From Basidiobolus meristosporus CBS 931.73 (lineage: Eukaryota; Fungi; Basidiobolomycota): a stretch of 64,000 nucleotides of DNA. The DNA lies in NCBI GenBank assembly GCA_002104905.1, contig MCFE01000291.1, positions 1-64,000 of the forward strand. The letters run 5' to 3'. The notes beneath the pieces were generated by a model, which saw only the letters and a list, made by a program, of their open reading frames with translations, did not search any database and was not told the origin of the DNA. Of this stretch, positions 1-13,300 are shown piece after piece; within the stretch, counting starts at the first letter, position 1, and each line of letters starts with the position of its first letter. A program made the position numbers and the translations under genes.

Positions 1-867
1 CTATTTGTTTGTGGCGGGTGAGGAGTTCCTGGGGGATAGGCATTAGATAGGGTGAATGCTGCTCTCATAAGACCAATCGCTACCTTAAACGTGGCGAATG
101 CATCGCTAGCTATATCGAACGTTCCGATCTCGATGTATTCAAAGAATTTGAAGACCTCTGGAGACAGCAATAAAATCTTCGCTAAAGGCTCGTATTTGAT
201 ACACTCTCGCAAGATCATTCCACAGTTTAGCGCGCCATCGTGGTTCTCGTATCTACGATGGACTTTAGTTGAATAAAAGGCAGACATTCAAATCCAGACG
301 CACTTACCCCTCAAAAAGCATAAATAGAATCCTCTCTTTTTGGCTTATGTATTCAATGGTCGGCTGTCGTGAGCCTATCTGACGCCTTAAAAGATTGTTG
401 AACACTTGAGCAACGTCCTTCTTGGCCTTCATAAAATATAAGCTTCCACCATAATACAGTTGTACCGTGGAAAATCCCACCTCGAACTCAAACTTTGCGA
501 TCTTCAATATGAATAGGTAGAGAATATCGTTGGAATACACCTCTTGAGAAAGTTGCGCTATTAGCTCCAAGTTCGGCTCAGAATCTATTTTGAGCAACGA
601 GGCGCTGATTAAAAGGCCCTACATGGGTCGGATTAGAGAGACAGACGAATACCTCCTTCCCCATAGAGAATGTTTTTCATGGCCAGCAAACTCTTGGAAA
701 CGTCCTCAGTAGCCTTGAAGCTCAATCAGTTTTGAAATAGTATATGCAATAGGCGGCAAACAACCCACTCGTCTCCATTCAGCACTGTCGAGTCTTTCCA
801 TAGCATCCTTCAATGTGCGTACCACCTCCTGTGGACTCTTTGTCTTAGACTTGAAGAAAATATTCAT
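1..867 (-). CDS. HYM1: Mo25/Hym1 (CAB39-like) scaffold protein, multi-exon; 3' end runs off the window
   Basis: Spliced exons read [107 protein letters not shown] and ELLTRHK, joined by GT-AG introns; this is the Mo25 family signature. Confidence 0.92.
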
Positions 868-2153
868 TGATTGAGGTACCAGTAATGTTGTTGGGGAAAT
901 TAGGGGCAAAGACTTCAATGAACTATATGTGACTTAACGAATAGGTTGTCGCAGTTCACCTGAGGAACGGACGGCTTTATTATTTGTCAACATTCGCAAC
1001 CAAATAACCGAAATTTTGATGGGCACCTAACAGTCAGGTGTAAGTCAGAACGTCATTGATGTGGTCTAATTCGAACGGAGAGTTAACCTTAATTCAGTGG
1101 GACTCATATGAAACCTAGGTTCGGTTTAGGGTTGCACGGGCTAGTGGTAACAGAGTTATTAGCAGCCTATGAGCATGATATTCCATCATCGCTACTTTGG
1201 CAAATTAAAGGATGCATAGATTGGGTTACTTGGATTTATCAGAGATCATGAATATCCATGGTGACTGTTGCATCCTATAATTTATGTTCCCTCACCAACC
1301 GGAGAATCCTAGCGAGGTAACCCGGACATAGCCCGATGCGAATGTGGCACAAGTATATTGGGATGTTAAAAATCAGATGCTATGTGCGCCAGAATGCATT
1401 GTCCAACAAGATGGGTAATTCGTACAGCTAATTCTGTATCAGATATATCCTCTTCCTATCGTTGTACACTGACAGCATCCTTTCAGGTGTTCACGCTACT
1501 TCTCTTCGTAAATCGAAAGCAAGCTGGTTGTTGCAAAATGGAATCTCTCGGCATATCGGTTGCTTCAGCACAAGAGTCCAAAATGGTTTCATAGCCTGTT
1601 GACTGTGGTCATAATGGACAGGATATGCGGGTTTGTAACATGGAGATTCGACCCAACAGATTTGCCTATCAAACTCTTTGAAACCAGACATTATATTTTA
1701 TTCGGCACCACTACCGTTTGTAAAAGGAGCGTCTGTTATAGAACTGTTAACAAATACCGATTTAAAGTTTGAAACATATCATAGCAGTTGAATTCGTTAA
1801 CCGTTATTACTGGTTGACCTTGAAAGTGAGTATGGGAATAGAATGTGTAAGTTCATCGATTATATATATGTGTGTGAGTGTGCGTCAATATGTGGAGAGT
1901 TGGCTGGAAGAGTATAAAAACCAAGAGTCTAGTTATAAGAATAAAGAGTCTTGTAATATGAATATAAGGTGCTACGGAATAGAAAGTTAGAGATATGAAC
2001 ACCATACACAATAATTGTGTTTGGATTTCCCCACAACTACGCGGTGGGCAAAATAGAATCGTCCTATCAGGATATTATTTATGGCATGGAAGACTGGCAT
2101 GATCAACAACCGATAGAAAGATACCGGTTGCAATTTGCACTGCTTCTGCGAGT

Positions 2154-3755
2154 CTAACAGATAACACATCCATCTGAGTTTTGTTTATCTCTGGAGATGT
2201 TTTGCTTCTGACCACCGGAGGCACCGAACTTTTTGAGCTCTGCTAGACGTTGCATTGCACGTTTATTTCCTTGAGCTGCAGCACGCATGTACCACTTTTT
2301 TGCTTCGTCAAGATCTTGTCTTACTCCAATCCCCACTTCAGAGTAATATCCTACAGCATATTCTGCTTTGGCGAGTCCTTTGTCTGCAGCTTTCCTGGCC
2401 CATAGGTAGGCCTCGGTGTCACTTTGCTTTAATATGCCTTCCGCTCCAGTGAGATACCAACCAGAAAGAGCAAGCTCAGCCTCTGGGTCCCCTTGTTCAG
2501 CGGCACGCGTATACCAGGCAATAGAGCGCCTAGGATCAACCGGACAACTAATGGTTCCATACTCATAGCATGAACCAAGTTTGAACTGTGATGGAGCATA
2601 GCCTAATTGAGCCGCCTGGGTGTAGAGCTCTCTAGCATACGTCTCATCCGGAATGATGGACGGAATCCCTTCTTTCTCGTAGCACAGACCCAGTTCGTGC
2701 AGTGCGTGTGGGTTGTCGGTATCCGCGTTGGAGGCCGCACGCTTTAGCCAAGTGATAGCTTCGCGCGGATTAGGATTCTGGTTTAGCAAGCCTTTTAACA
2801 ATGTCATCCCTAGCTTATACATTGCAGCGGTATCTCCAAGGATGGCTGCTTTGCGAAAGAATTGTACTGCTCTACTGTAGTCCCTTTTGGTACCCGCTCC
2901 AACTTCGTAGCATACGGCGGCACGATAGGTGGCTTCGGGATGATTCTGCTTGGATGCCTGTACGTAGAGGTTGAACGCCTTTTCGTGATCAACAGGAACG
3001 CCAAGTGATGCAGTACCATAGCAGTTGGCCAGGAAGAATTGCGCTTCAGGGTAAGCAGGGCGTCCAATTCCCATACCTTGAGTAGCCAGTCTCTTAATCC
3101 ATTTAAGCGCCTCTGCCATTAGAGTTTTCTTGGTCTTTTCGGCAGACTTATCGCTCGCCTCAAGATTGGACGCGGTTTCTATCAAGTATTTTGCGAAATC
3201 AAACTGTATACTAGGATCGTTACTCTTTTTGGCATTGACACGATACTGTTCAAGGGTGTTCCCTTGTGGAAGATGAGCTACCGAGGCAGTTGGGGAACCA
3301 GGAGTGCTGAGATTGCTTGTGCTGCTACTTTGGCGGTTAGCTCTACTACCATTGAAATGCGCCAATTCTGGAGTCGATTTGTTGGTAGTATATATGTGCG
3401 GAGGCTGTGTGGCCGGTGGATAGTTTTGAACCCCGTAGTTGTTTGGTTTATGCGGTGGATAGTTATGAGCACCCGTACTCTGGTTAGCTGGTGTGGAATA
3501 AGGGCTTGTTTGAACGCCATACTCTGCGATAGATTCACCCCCTCGAGGTGGATACAACGAATTGATGCTACTCTGTGTAGACTGGCGTGTGGGCGGATAG
3601 CCAGGAGCTTCCTTGAAAGAATTGGTTCTTGAATACCCTGAAACACCCTCACCAGCGGTTTCAGGGTGAGTCTCAATGGAGTCCTCAGCATATCGAGCGA
3701 CAACAGGCTGCTTCCTGGTAAATATTTCGTTATTTTCTTCGTGGGAGATATCCAT
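2154..3755 (-). CDS. CHS4: SEL1-repeat chitin synthase activator (Chs4/Skt5-like), intronless, with C-terminal CaaX
   Basis: 533 aa ORF: low-complexity N-terminus, DPSIQFDFAKYL, then tandem SEL1 repeats (YPEAQFFLANCYGTASLG, HPEATYRAAVCYEVGAG, YAPSQFKLGSCYEYG, LAKAEYAVGYYSEVGIG); ends in CVIC. Confidence 0.88.
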   Translation of the reverse strand: MDISHEENNEIFTRKQPVVARYAEDSIETHPETAGEGVSGYSRTNSFKEAPGYPPTRQSTQSSINSLYPPRGGESIAEYGVQTSPYSTPANQSTGAHNYPPHKPNNYGVQNYPPATQPPHIYTTNKSTPELAHFNGSRANRQSSSTSNLSTPGSPTASVAHLPQGNTLEQYRVNAKKSNDPSIQFDFAKYLIETASNLEASDKSAEKTKKTLMAEALKWIKRLATQGMGIGRPAYPEAQFFLANCYGTASLGVPVDHEKAFNLYVQASKQNHPEATYRAAVCYEVGAGTKRDYSRAVQFFRKAAILGDTAAMYKLGMTLLKGLLNQNPNPREAITWLKRAASNADTDNPHALHELGLCYEKEGIPSIIPDETYARELYTQAAQLGYAPSQFKLGSCYEYGTISCPVDPRRSIAWYTRAAEQGDPEAELALSGWYLTGAEGILKQSDTEAYLWARKAADKGLAKAEYAVGYYSEVGIGVRQDLDEAKKWYMRAAAQGNKRAMQRLAELKKFGASGGQKQNISRDKQNSDGCVIC

Positions 3756-5599
3756 TGGTAAATAGTCGTGTCAAAAGAAGATAGATTGAACTGTTCAAAG
3801 TGTTTAAGATTTGGATAGTGGTACAACCGTATAGGTGAAGGTTTGCTGGTTATAGAGATATACGCAGGAAGCTCGGGTGGTAGAATATATAGCAAGGGCC
3901 AAACTAAGCTTCAAACTATATGCTTCTTAAAGGACTTCAACTTGGACTGGAAAGCAAAGAGACCAACGTTTAGCAAGTAAGAGTGCACAAGCGAGCCTTT
4001 TCCAACGGATCGTAGTCAACTAAGATTGGCTCTGATTTACAAGCAATATCGATATTTATGATTCCAAAGAACGATAAAGGGATCAATCATCAAAAATAGA
4101 GCACAAGTATGCTCACACTAGTGGCTCAAGGGACCAGAGCCCAGTCCTACAGATCGCAAGCGTAAGGATGCTCACATCACTTTTGGATAAATAAAATTAC
4201 GCTTGATCACCAGAGCCTTCTCCCTCTTGATGGGGTATGATTAGTCCAAAACATATCAGGGAATCTTGATGCCACCATATCTCTCAGAAAACCACCAGAT
4301 CTATCGTTAATTATGCCCAACTGAAGATTGACCGCAGTTCATGATGCCCATATCCCTGCTTTCGTCTCAATCCCATTAGTAGTAATGAGGAAAGCGATGC
4401 ATGTTGAACCAGCTCTCAGGGATGGCTGTATTGGTTTGAGGCTTCAGCAATGCCTTGGATCAGCTTACGTACTGACGCAGGGTGATTGATGATTGTGAAA
4501 GATTATATATATATCGAAGACGAATTAGGCGCCATCAGGTTGATACAATCTCTTACCTCAGTCATATCTATGGTGGCAGATTAGCATGGCACATTACACC
4601 TAGTGATATCTACAGGCATTAAAATGCTCCTTGATTAAAAAATATAGCTCTCTGTCTCCTTAAATGCTTTCATATTATTTCTAGCGACACTCAATTCGAG
4701 CAATCTCATGTTTGCGAAGATTGCAACAATCTACCATCTGGTTTACAATCCGGGAAATAGGAATGATAGCCAACTATACTGAGCATCTTTGACTGGTACT
4801 TGATTATCCCCAAATGATGCTGGTAGCATGGTTCCTTACAGTACAGTGCGTGCTAATAGTAAGTGATGATTCCTCGTAACGATCAGTCCACCAGAGCATC
4901 TTGGTGCATGTGAAATGACCATCTTCAGTGTAGGATACCTTGGGGACTTATGCAATATAGAGGGCGGAGTCAACCTGATCCAGGTCACTGATGTACGATT
5001 TGATAAGATTAGTGAATATGCAGTCAACACTGCATTTCAATCCAATCAGCATAGTTTGCTCCTATATAAAGGGAATAGATGGAAATAGCACTAATGGGAA
5101 AATCTCTAATGATTCACAGGAGATTCTCGTAGAGTAATCAGGAACCGTATAGAGAAATTAGGGGCAGATGGAGCAACCATATGCCAGTTGATCTGTTTTG
5201 AAAATGTATTTCTAACTGGATGTACAGGTAAACCAATCAGAGAGAGGATCAGATGCTCTATCAATTCAGTGAGAATTTGTGGATTACTAATTCCTACTGC
5301 TACTTGTAGACTTGACCACATGCTTGAATTCTGTAAATAGACGACTTCATGGATACCAAAAATAACCACTTAACGCAGCCGTACCACAGCAGGGCTAAAA
5401 TCTGTAGATCCTTCTTTGACGCGGGCCTAGGTAGCTTGGCTCTAACCCGGTCACATCAACACAATTATGACCCATACTTTGGAAAAGCTGCGAACCATTA
5501 GACTCCTTTGAAAAAGTTAAACTCCACACATACCTTGATACCATCATCGCTCTCACATAGAGGATCTTCGCCAACCAACAAGTGTGGAACGATCTTAAT

Positions 5600-6180
5600 T
5601 TGGGTGAATTTTTTGTACTTTAACACGTCTTTAGTCACCATAAGCTCTAAAATAAGCAGATGACTTGATCTAAGAGTCTTTACCTGTTTTGATACTCCGC
5701 ATGCATGCACTACTGCGCCATGGTGAAGTGACAACATGCATGGAGTACCCAAGCCCAACCCCATGATTAGTAGCGAAGAGTAGCCACCAAGAGAACTCGA
5801 TCGTTGGAACATCAAAGACTCACTAACTACTTTCAGTCTTGTACCGCCTGACTTTTGCAAATCCATTATTTGTTCCTGAACTCAAGCTTTTTCCTTCATT
5901 CCCAACTATTATACAAGATTTGCTTCTCAATCCTGGACGCAGGAATAGCATAAGCTCGATAGAGGTAGCCATGTGTCAATCCAAAAAAAGAGGATTTGAG
6001 AGCCCTCGTATCTGACTGAGCACCTAATTGGCAATACGGATTACAACTAGTAATTCTCACATTTATGTTATCACCGCTACAAGCTCGGATCATCATTTGG
6101 ATTAGTAATGCACTGATATACGGACACTGGTCAATTTGATTATTTGGGTTAAAAATGGCATTAATCATTAGCACATCCAA
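5600..6180 (-). mobile_element. Possible decayed PIF/Harbinger transposase fragment
   Basis: Weak motif echoes in the expected order: GAQSDTRALKSS (cf. GSxHDARVLRNS), GYLYRAYAI (cf. YLLGDSAYPL), SGGTRLKVVSESL (cf. HSSTRxxVExAFG). No first catalytic-Asp motif or TIR was found. Confidence 0.25.
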
Positions 6181-6482
6181 TTAAAAATCGACAATCCTGT
6201 TGAGCATTCAGAATGACTTCGGGCTTTTCCTGGCCAAGTCTCTCCAATCTCAGATGATAAACCTAAATTAGAGTGTAACGTGAAGTCATGGTGGCACACC
6301 ACTTGTCTACACTTCATGATCAGATAAGTATCATGAATGCTGATTTATAATAACGCTACCGAATATAGCTGCGGCAGGACTGTCAGTCTTTGTGCTTCTT
6401 GAGCCAGGGTGCGCAATGATTATTTAAGGTCGTCACCGTTCGCTCGAATTGACCAGTATTCAACTACAACAAAGAGTAAACA

Positions 6483-7067
6483 ATGCCTGTTCAAATCCAA
6501 AAGCCTGCTCCTCAATTCCATGGTAAAGCAGTGGTTGACGGAGAATTTAAAGAGATTTCCCTTGCCGACTACAAAGGACAATACGTGGTTTTCTTCTTCT
6601 ATCCTTTGGATTTTTCATTCGTGTGCCCAACCGAGATAGTAGCATTCAGTGATAGAGTCAAGGACTTTGCTGCACTAAATTGCGCTGTTGTTGCATGCTC
6701 TACCGATTCAGAATTTTCCCACTTTGCTTGGATCAATACTCCCCGTAACCAAGGTGGCTTAGGAGAGATGAATATTCCTATTCTCTCGGATATTACTCAC
6801 GAGATCTCCAAGGATTACGGAGTCTACCTAGAGGACCAAGGTGTAGCATTACGTGGACTCTTTATTATCGACCCAAAGCAGAATGTAAGGATCATGCAAG
6901 TCAATGATTTGCCAGTTGGGCGATCAGTTGAAGAGACCCTTAGATTGTTGGAGGCCCTTCAATTCACCGATGTCCATGGTGAGGTTTGCCCTGCCAACTG
7001 GCAAAAAGGACAGCAAACCATCAAACCCGATGTGGATCAATCCAAGGAGTTCTTCTCGAAGCAGTAG
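6483..7067 (+). CDS. TSA1: Typical 2-Cys peroxiredoxin (AhpC/Prx1 family), intronless
   Basis: 194 aa ORF with [14 protein letters not shown] (peroxidatic Cys), [12 protein letters not shown] and GEVCPANW (resolving Cys). Confidence 0.96.
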   Translation: MPVQIQKPAPQFHGKAVVDGEFKEISLADYKGQYVVFFFYPLDFSFVCPTEIVAFSDRVKDFAALNCAVVACSTDSEFSHFAWINTPRNQGGLGEMNIPILSDITHEISKDYGVYLEDQGVALRGLFIIDPKQNVRIMQVNDLPVGRSVEETLRLLEALQFTDVHGEVCPANWQKGQQTIKPDVDQSKEFFSKQ

Positions 7068-8999
7068 TGTTGCAAACAGTCTTAATCTTACATATTTGAG
7101 TACTAGGCGACTTTCACCTTCATGCTCAACTTTTTTAAATCAGATATGTGTTCAAATCTTATCTGATCTGAGGTCAATATACAAATAAAAATTTCAAAAT
7201 CAGATAAGATAGACTGGTGCCATTCTTTTGCTTCAATCGCACCAGATTTCATCACTAATGGAATCCATTTTCACTTGATAATATTCTCACCACCACAAAT
7301 CCATTAAACAGCTTGAGACTTGTTTATGTAATATGAGCCTTCTGTCTTGTATCTTAATCAATAGTTAAGTTTCAAATCAGTAATTCCATTGTCGGTAATG
7401 ATTAACTGATTTCACAATGCTTGTATAGCAGTGAAGTAAAGATGTCTAAATGGTGAAATTCAAAAGGTCAAGATCCCTTGATAGTTGTTGTGATCCTGAA
7501 TAATAAAGTAATAACCAAACTTGTACACACACTTGCATATACTTTTATACATGTACATATATATCTACATACATCATTTTCCAATATATGTTCACCACTG
7601 AATCAACTCAGTATAAATAATGAACTCAGCACCTTTCAGTCAAAATTAATCTTGAATGATATCTCTACATATCAGGCGTTTAATTATTTTGATCATGACA
7701 TGCATTATATAGTAAACTTAGTGCAGACTAGCTTGACCATACAACACTATCAGGTATAATCTAAATTTTTACTTTTACACACACTGATCACGATATCTAC
7801 TTCCCATTAAAGCAGTGTAGATATCAAAAAGATAGAGAAAACTCTGGAACTAGGGCACAACTTTTAGGACATTTCTCAGCAAGCTCAGATATCCAAACTG
7901 CAGAAAATGTTATATGTACATTGGCTCAGATTTATATATAACTGAAATATATACTAATAGTCATATCATAGAGACCCTAGCTGAGCATACAAAAACTAGC
8001 GATTTGAGTCAGTACCAAGGTGCACCAAATAATAACACGCTCACCTGCAGTATTCTTTGCGACAAAGATATACCTCTATACTATCTACCACTATAAAAGA
8101 TCTCCAATGATAAATCCATATACTCAATACTCAATACTCCATCACCCCATATATTGTATATTGCTAATCAAAATGAAGAATAGATGTATTTATGCCTGAT
8201 CTAGATTTACTAACAGACTCTCTATATTCTATAATTTGATCCCAAGAATAAACTCAGCTGTAGCAATTTCAATATAGTGCTGCGACTACTAGGTAATACA
8301 CTATCCTTATTTAAACTGTCAAATGAGTACCCCTAAATCATCATTACTACCTATTGTGATATAGTAAACATGCATAAGCTGAAGATTTTGTCACTTCATT
8401 AATGAGTTACCACATAAACTATACCTGAGATGTACCTCCTCACTGATTCAGGTTAATGAAAAATTATAACAATGCAGTATTGAAGTCACTAATAGATATG
8501 CATCAAGGATTGAGGCTTATTAATAATTGAATATTAGTTTAGATTGAAGTACCTTCCTTCTGCAGCATTTTGATCATTTTTACCAGACAGCAGTGATTTT
8601 CAAGTAGCATTATTGAGGGTAGAATTGTAACTCGGAATACTGTTAATTACGATATCTATATCCATTACTCCCATTTCCGTACCTAAACAGGAGGCAATCT
8701 TATTACAGGGGAGGTGTCATTGTAATTTCTTCTAATAAGACATACAATGCGCCGAAGTCTTGGAGGGAATGGTGTCAAATTCCTTCTGATTACCTCACTC
8801 CATCGAACACAAAGCCCAAGAACAAGCCCGAAAATATTGAATAGGCGTTGATCACATCATACTACTCAAATACAACTCTGCATTCAAGAATGTATATTGT
8901 ATTCAGTGCATCATCAACCACCTAAAGGCTAGAACTGATTCACTTGAGTGTCAAAGCCAAAAATAAACCCTACATGAATAACCACAAATACTTCATGAG

Positions 9000-11900
9000 C
9001 GGTAAATAACCATTTTTCGGCGACACTACCGGAAGAGATACCCCTTCACTGTAGTGATTCCATGGCGAATCAACATCCAAGTGCAAAGAACAATGATACG
9101 AGGAATGATAGTGTCAAAGTAATAAGCGGGATACCAGTTGGCTATGTAGTTGTGTAATATGATAGAAGTCGCTTGAGACTGTTCTGCCAAATTTGCTGCA
9201 GTATTTGAAATGTAGGAATACAAATTGCCCAGATATGTCTATTGAGGTCTCAATAACCTATTTCGAAATCAGGTTGACAAATCCCTTAGGCAAGTATTAC
9301 GATATACTACACATATAGAGCACTAGACACCTAGAAACGGCATCACATGTTGACTATCCAGATATTTATCCTCTATCGTATATAAGGTAGGTTGCATGAG
9401 AAGTCCAATGAAGACTAATAATATTGAGTAGCATTCATATACTAATAATAGTGTGAGGCCTTCCAGCCATTGAATGGTTCCTAGTTGCTGAATAGGTATC
9501 GCGTATCATGGTGATTGATTGGCTGTTGAATGCTACTATACCAAGAAGGAACAAATCTTACAACAGCCAACGATGAACAACAGCAAAACCAAGCTTGATG
9601 CATTAACACGGTGTAACGATCCTGAGGTTGATAAGACCTTTTAGGTTTAATGAGAGTCGTCTAGTTCCACAATACTTGAGCAACCAAGCACGTAGATTTT
9701 AATGGCAGCTTGTCTGTAAACTGGAGACTACAAACAAATTTTCGAGCACTCAGGCTTCAGGTGGTCTATTCTATCCAGGAGTGAACAATGGTCTTAGCTG
9801 CAGTTTTCGCTCTCATGGTAAGAGCCACAACACCAAAACCCCCTGCAACCCCTATATCCCCAAGAACCACAACTTCGCTGCTTTCAAATAGGGCAGCAAT
9901 CTGTGGATTGAATAGCGTAAAGTCCTATTCAATAACGAAAGCTCTTTGTGTTTTGGCTACGTCTTGGCATCAGTCTATGTCGAATGGACTAGGAGAGTGC
10001 TGATTTGTTAGGTTATGAGATATCCATACTTGGCCACACATATTCTAGTGATTAGCTGATGTGACCATTCTGCCAAACGACATAGTAACAAGAGTTACCA
10101 CTATGGTCCTGTCATCACTATCTAGAAAATGGGTGGTCTCTTACCACTAAGGATATATCCAGACAACCCCACATCTTCCATTAACAGGTACATATGTAGC
10201 ATGAATATACGATATAGAGCAAAGCGGCCATAGGTAGTACATGGTGGTTTCTTCACTGGAGTGGTGGGATGCAGATGATGGTTACTCACCTGTAACTTCA
10301 TACAATAGAAAGGTTTTTTTCATTGTCGATCATCAATCAGATGTGTCACAACTAGCGAGCCACTCTCATATGTTGGGGAATCTGTGTTACACAGATAAAC
10401 GGGTATCTACATTCATATCGCCGAGGGTCCAGAGTTTCAGAGGCATATGGGACCACAAAATTTGCTAAATCTTGCTTTTGAATACGGATTTGTATCGCCA
10501 ACCTTGGATTCGGGTAAGATTCCAACCCATTACATCAAAACATGGCCCGCATCATACTTCCCACTTGGTCGAGTGGGTATTGGCCAGGACATACCAAGTA
10601 CCACCTACACAAGCCAAACTAGCTCCTCTTTTTAGTCATGAGCTTGAGAACCTTGTGCTCTGCTTGACGAATGCACTTGTATGTGCACCGTTTCTCAGAA
10701 AATCCGAAAGCCCAAATACGAGGTCATCTGCTACCTGCATAGATACCATCACCAATGCGTACATTACCGGCTGGCATGATGGAACCTCGCCAATGAATTG
10801 GGATCTAGCGGCTTCCTATATTTATACCGTGTCCGCTATATGGCGGCTTGAGGGCAAACTTGGTCTGAGACAAATTAGCAACTGCTTCACAACGATCAGA
10901 TCAAGTACAAGTGTCTTCTGAATTAATGAAATTCTCAGCCAATTGCTCTACGAAATCTACCATTGCCGAAAGTGGCACTCTGGTTTCCAAATGAGCCCAT
11001 TTTGGAAAATGAGATCCAAACATTAATTTCTCCCTGGACTCTCACCAGGTGGAGGACAAGCTCAGACATCGATGCACCTTCATATGCCCAAAGTTGGCGG
11101 AGGTATTCCGATCTGAATGGTGTAAGTGATGGGGGACAGAGGTGCATTGGAGATTTTCATTTTATTGAAGCGCACTAGTCACAGCAGTAGCACAATCCAA
11201 TTCGACTTGATGTGTGAGCATTATTCAGGTCTAGACTGTATGTTTCCCGGGGTACGGATTTCGCTCAGCACAACCAGAGCACACATCATACCGTAGGGTC
11301 GTGCAATGTGCGTATCCCCTCCATCTGCCCTACCTGGAATGCGCGCAATACCATATACCGCCTCCACCACGCCTTCGAAAGTTTTCTGGTAATGAATTCG
11401 TATTTGGATTTCTACTCGTCCTGAGGAATTAATCGAATTATCCGCTGTCTGATTATCTCGCACCAGACTCATATGACCCATCGAAATGTGATTTCACCGA
11501 ATCCACAGCCAAACGAGGCCACCTGATACTCCAGGCTATGTCTGCTGCAAAGGGTTTTCTCAAGGTGATTCAGAGTGGCCGTGATTGGCCTGACGATATA
11601 GTGATTTCCTGTTCTTTCCTTTATAGACACATACGCCAATTTGCTCAGCCATTCGACGAGACTTCACAATCAACGCTCATAACGATTTGGCCAATATGAG
11701 CGTGCTGTTGTCATGGAGATATCCGGTGGGCTCGTATTCGTCATGTCTCACATGCAGTCTTTCATCATGAGCCATCACGATGATTATGCGTTTCTGGAGG
11801 TGCTATCATCGACGAAGCCTCAAATAAACGATCTCGGATCGAAAGATGTCTTGTGAGCATGGATGGCTATTGAGCCCACCAAGTGATTCCAGGGGCAGGC

Positions 11901-13300
11901 GATGGGCTAGAATGCCCAGCTTCATTGCGACCGTGCTAGATCCTCATTAAGCTTCAATTCGGATGTCGCATGAAACATCGCTGTAGGAAGTTGGAAGGAG
12001 CCCGCGCGTAATAGGAATCGTCAATTAATATGGTAATTAGGTGCAGATAGTAGTATTCAGCATTCTGGGCAGAATCCGAGTATCCCTGCCCAATCCATCG
12101 CTCACACTAAAGGCTGCGATCCCACTGTTGAATGGATCCAAGATATCACCCATGAGCCCCACTGCGAATCATATCCCACCCACTTGGCGATCTGGCGTCA
12201 TCACTGAGAATCGAGAAATCCTCGAACAAACCACGGCCCTTGATGGCGAGATACCTCGCTGCCCAATGAATCGCTGGTTGCCATCATTGGTGCCAAAAAG
12301 GCACAGTTTATTAACACTGTCTCCAAATTTTTAAACTGGGCTTGGGAACCAGGCATCGCCGGACATTTATGGTGAAGATGTTAATACCCATCAGATTGCC
12401 AAATTCGGGAATGAATGCGGATTTGGATAGTTATGCCTCATTTGACATCCTGGATTGGCACAGGGAATAGTTAATTTCAAAACCAATTTGATGGCAAATT
12501 CACGGCCACAGCGCTGGTGACAAAAGGCCCGATATGTTGATTTGTGCGGTCCTTGGAGTATGCGACCAACGGGCCATTGGAGGCGCTGAGGAAAGAGACG
12601 GGTCAATTGCGTGATAGCACAATGGTCGGATTTGGTGGTCGATGTGGCACAATGTGTATTGCCATCCGAAAAGGCCATGTAGAAATTGATTCGAAAAAAT
12701 GGTCCCAAACCTCGTACCACGAGCAAAACTCAAACGCTGACATACTCACACAAACGTTCGAAGCATGCATCTGCGATTGATTTGATTCCTTCTGCTCGGC
12801 TCTGGCTGTCGAGGCCTATGATGCTCCGCAGTGAGCTCACCACAACCCTCTCGGGAAACCGTCTAGCTGCGGCAATCCAAAATCCTCGTCAGCCATAGGG
12901 CAAGCATGAGTGGTGTAGAAGGGATGTCAAGGTGAACATTGAGCAGCCATGCATTGATTTGGAGCATGCTCAAATTTACCCTCGTATAGGTAGAGTGTGG
13001 TGATAGGTGAGTCAGCAGGACAATGTATTAGTGTAGATGTGGGCCACATCTTTCCAAAATTAGTCAATAGAACATTCGATTATTCCGCACTGGACATTGG
13101 CCGGTAAACCAATCCACGCTCGGTGAGCAAATATCCGCAAACGTCGATATTGTTCTGGAATGCGAATTCATCAGCCCTTGACCAATCAACTCTCGCCAGC
13201 CTCCTATTCATTTACACTTGGTCAATGGGAGCCCAATACTTGATACATTGAGGCTACGCTAGCTGGGATACAGGTAACTGAGTCTCATTCAACTATTTCT
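9000..13300 (-). mobile_element. Highly decayed non-LTR retrotransposon (LINE-like, endonuclease + reverse transcriptase) relic; boundaries approximate
   Basis: Minus-strand motif remnants in LINE ORF2 order: RINFYMAFS...SDHCAI (about 12694-12613, APE endonuclease), VRPIT (about 11595-11581), IHYQKTFEGV (about 11397-11370, cf. DFxKAFDSV), LWAYEG (about 11090, cf. AYADD). Many stops and frameshifts. Confidence 0.5.

Noticed and set aside
3278-3895. 205-aa alternative-frame ORF overlapping the CHS4 5' end
   Set aside because: It starts at a non-ATG codon, its first ATG is downstream of the CHS4 start, and it lies over low-complexity coding sequence with no motif.
5380-5460. LPRPASKKDLQIL resembling a gypsy RT thumb motif
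   Set aside because: No YxDD or RNase H motif at the expected distances.
10721-10880. VADDL and CLR-QVCP as LINE RT core motifs
   Set aside because: They are too far from the KAFD-like motif; the WAYEG site at about 11090 fits the spacing better.
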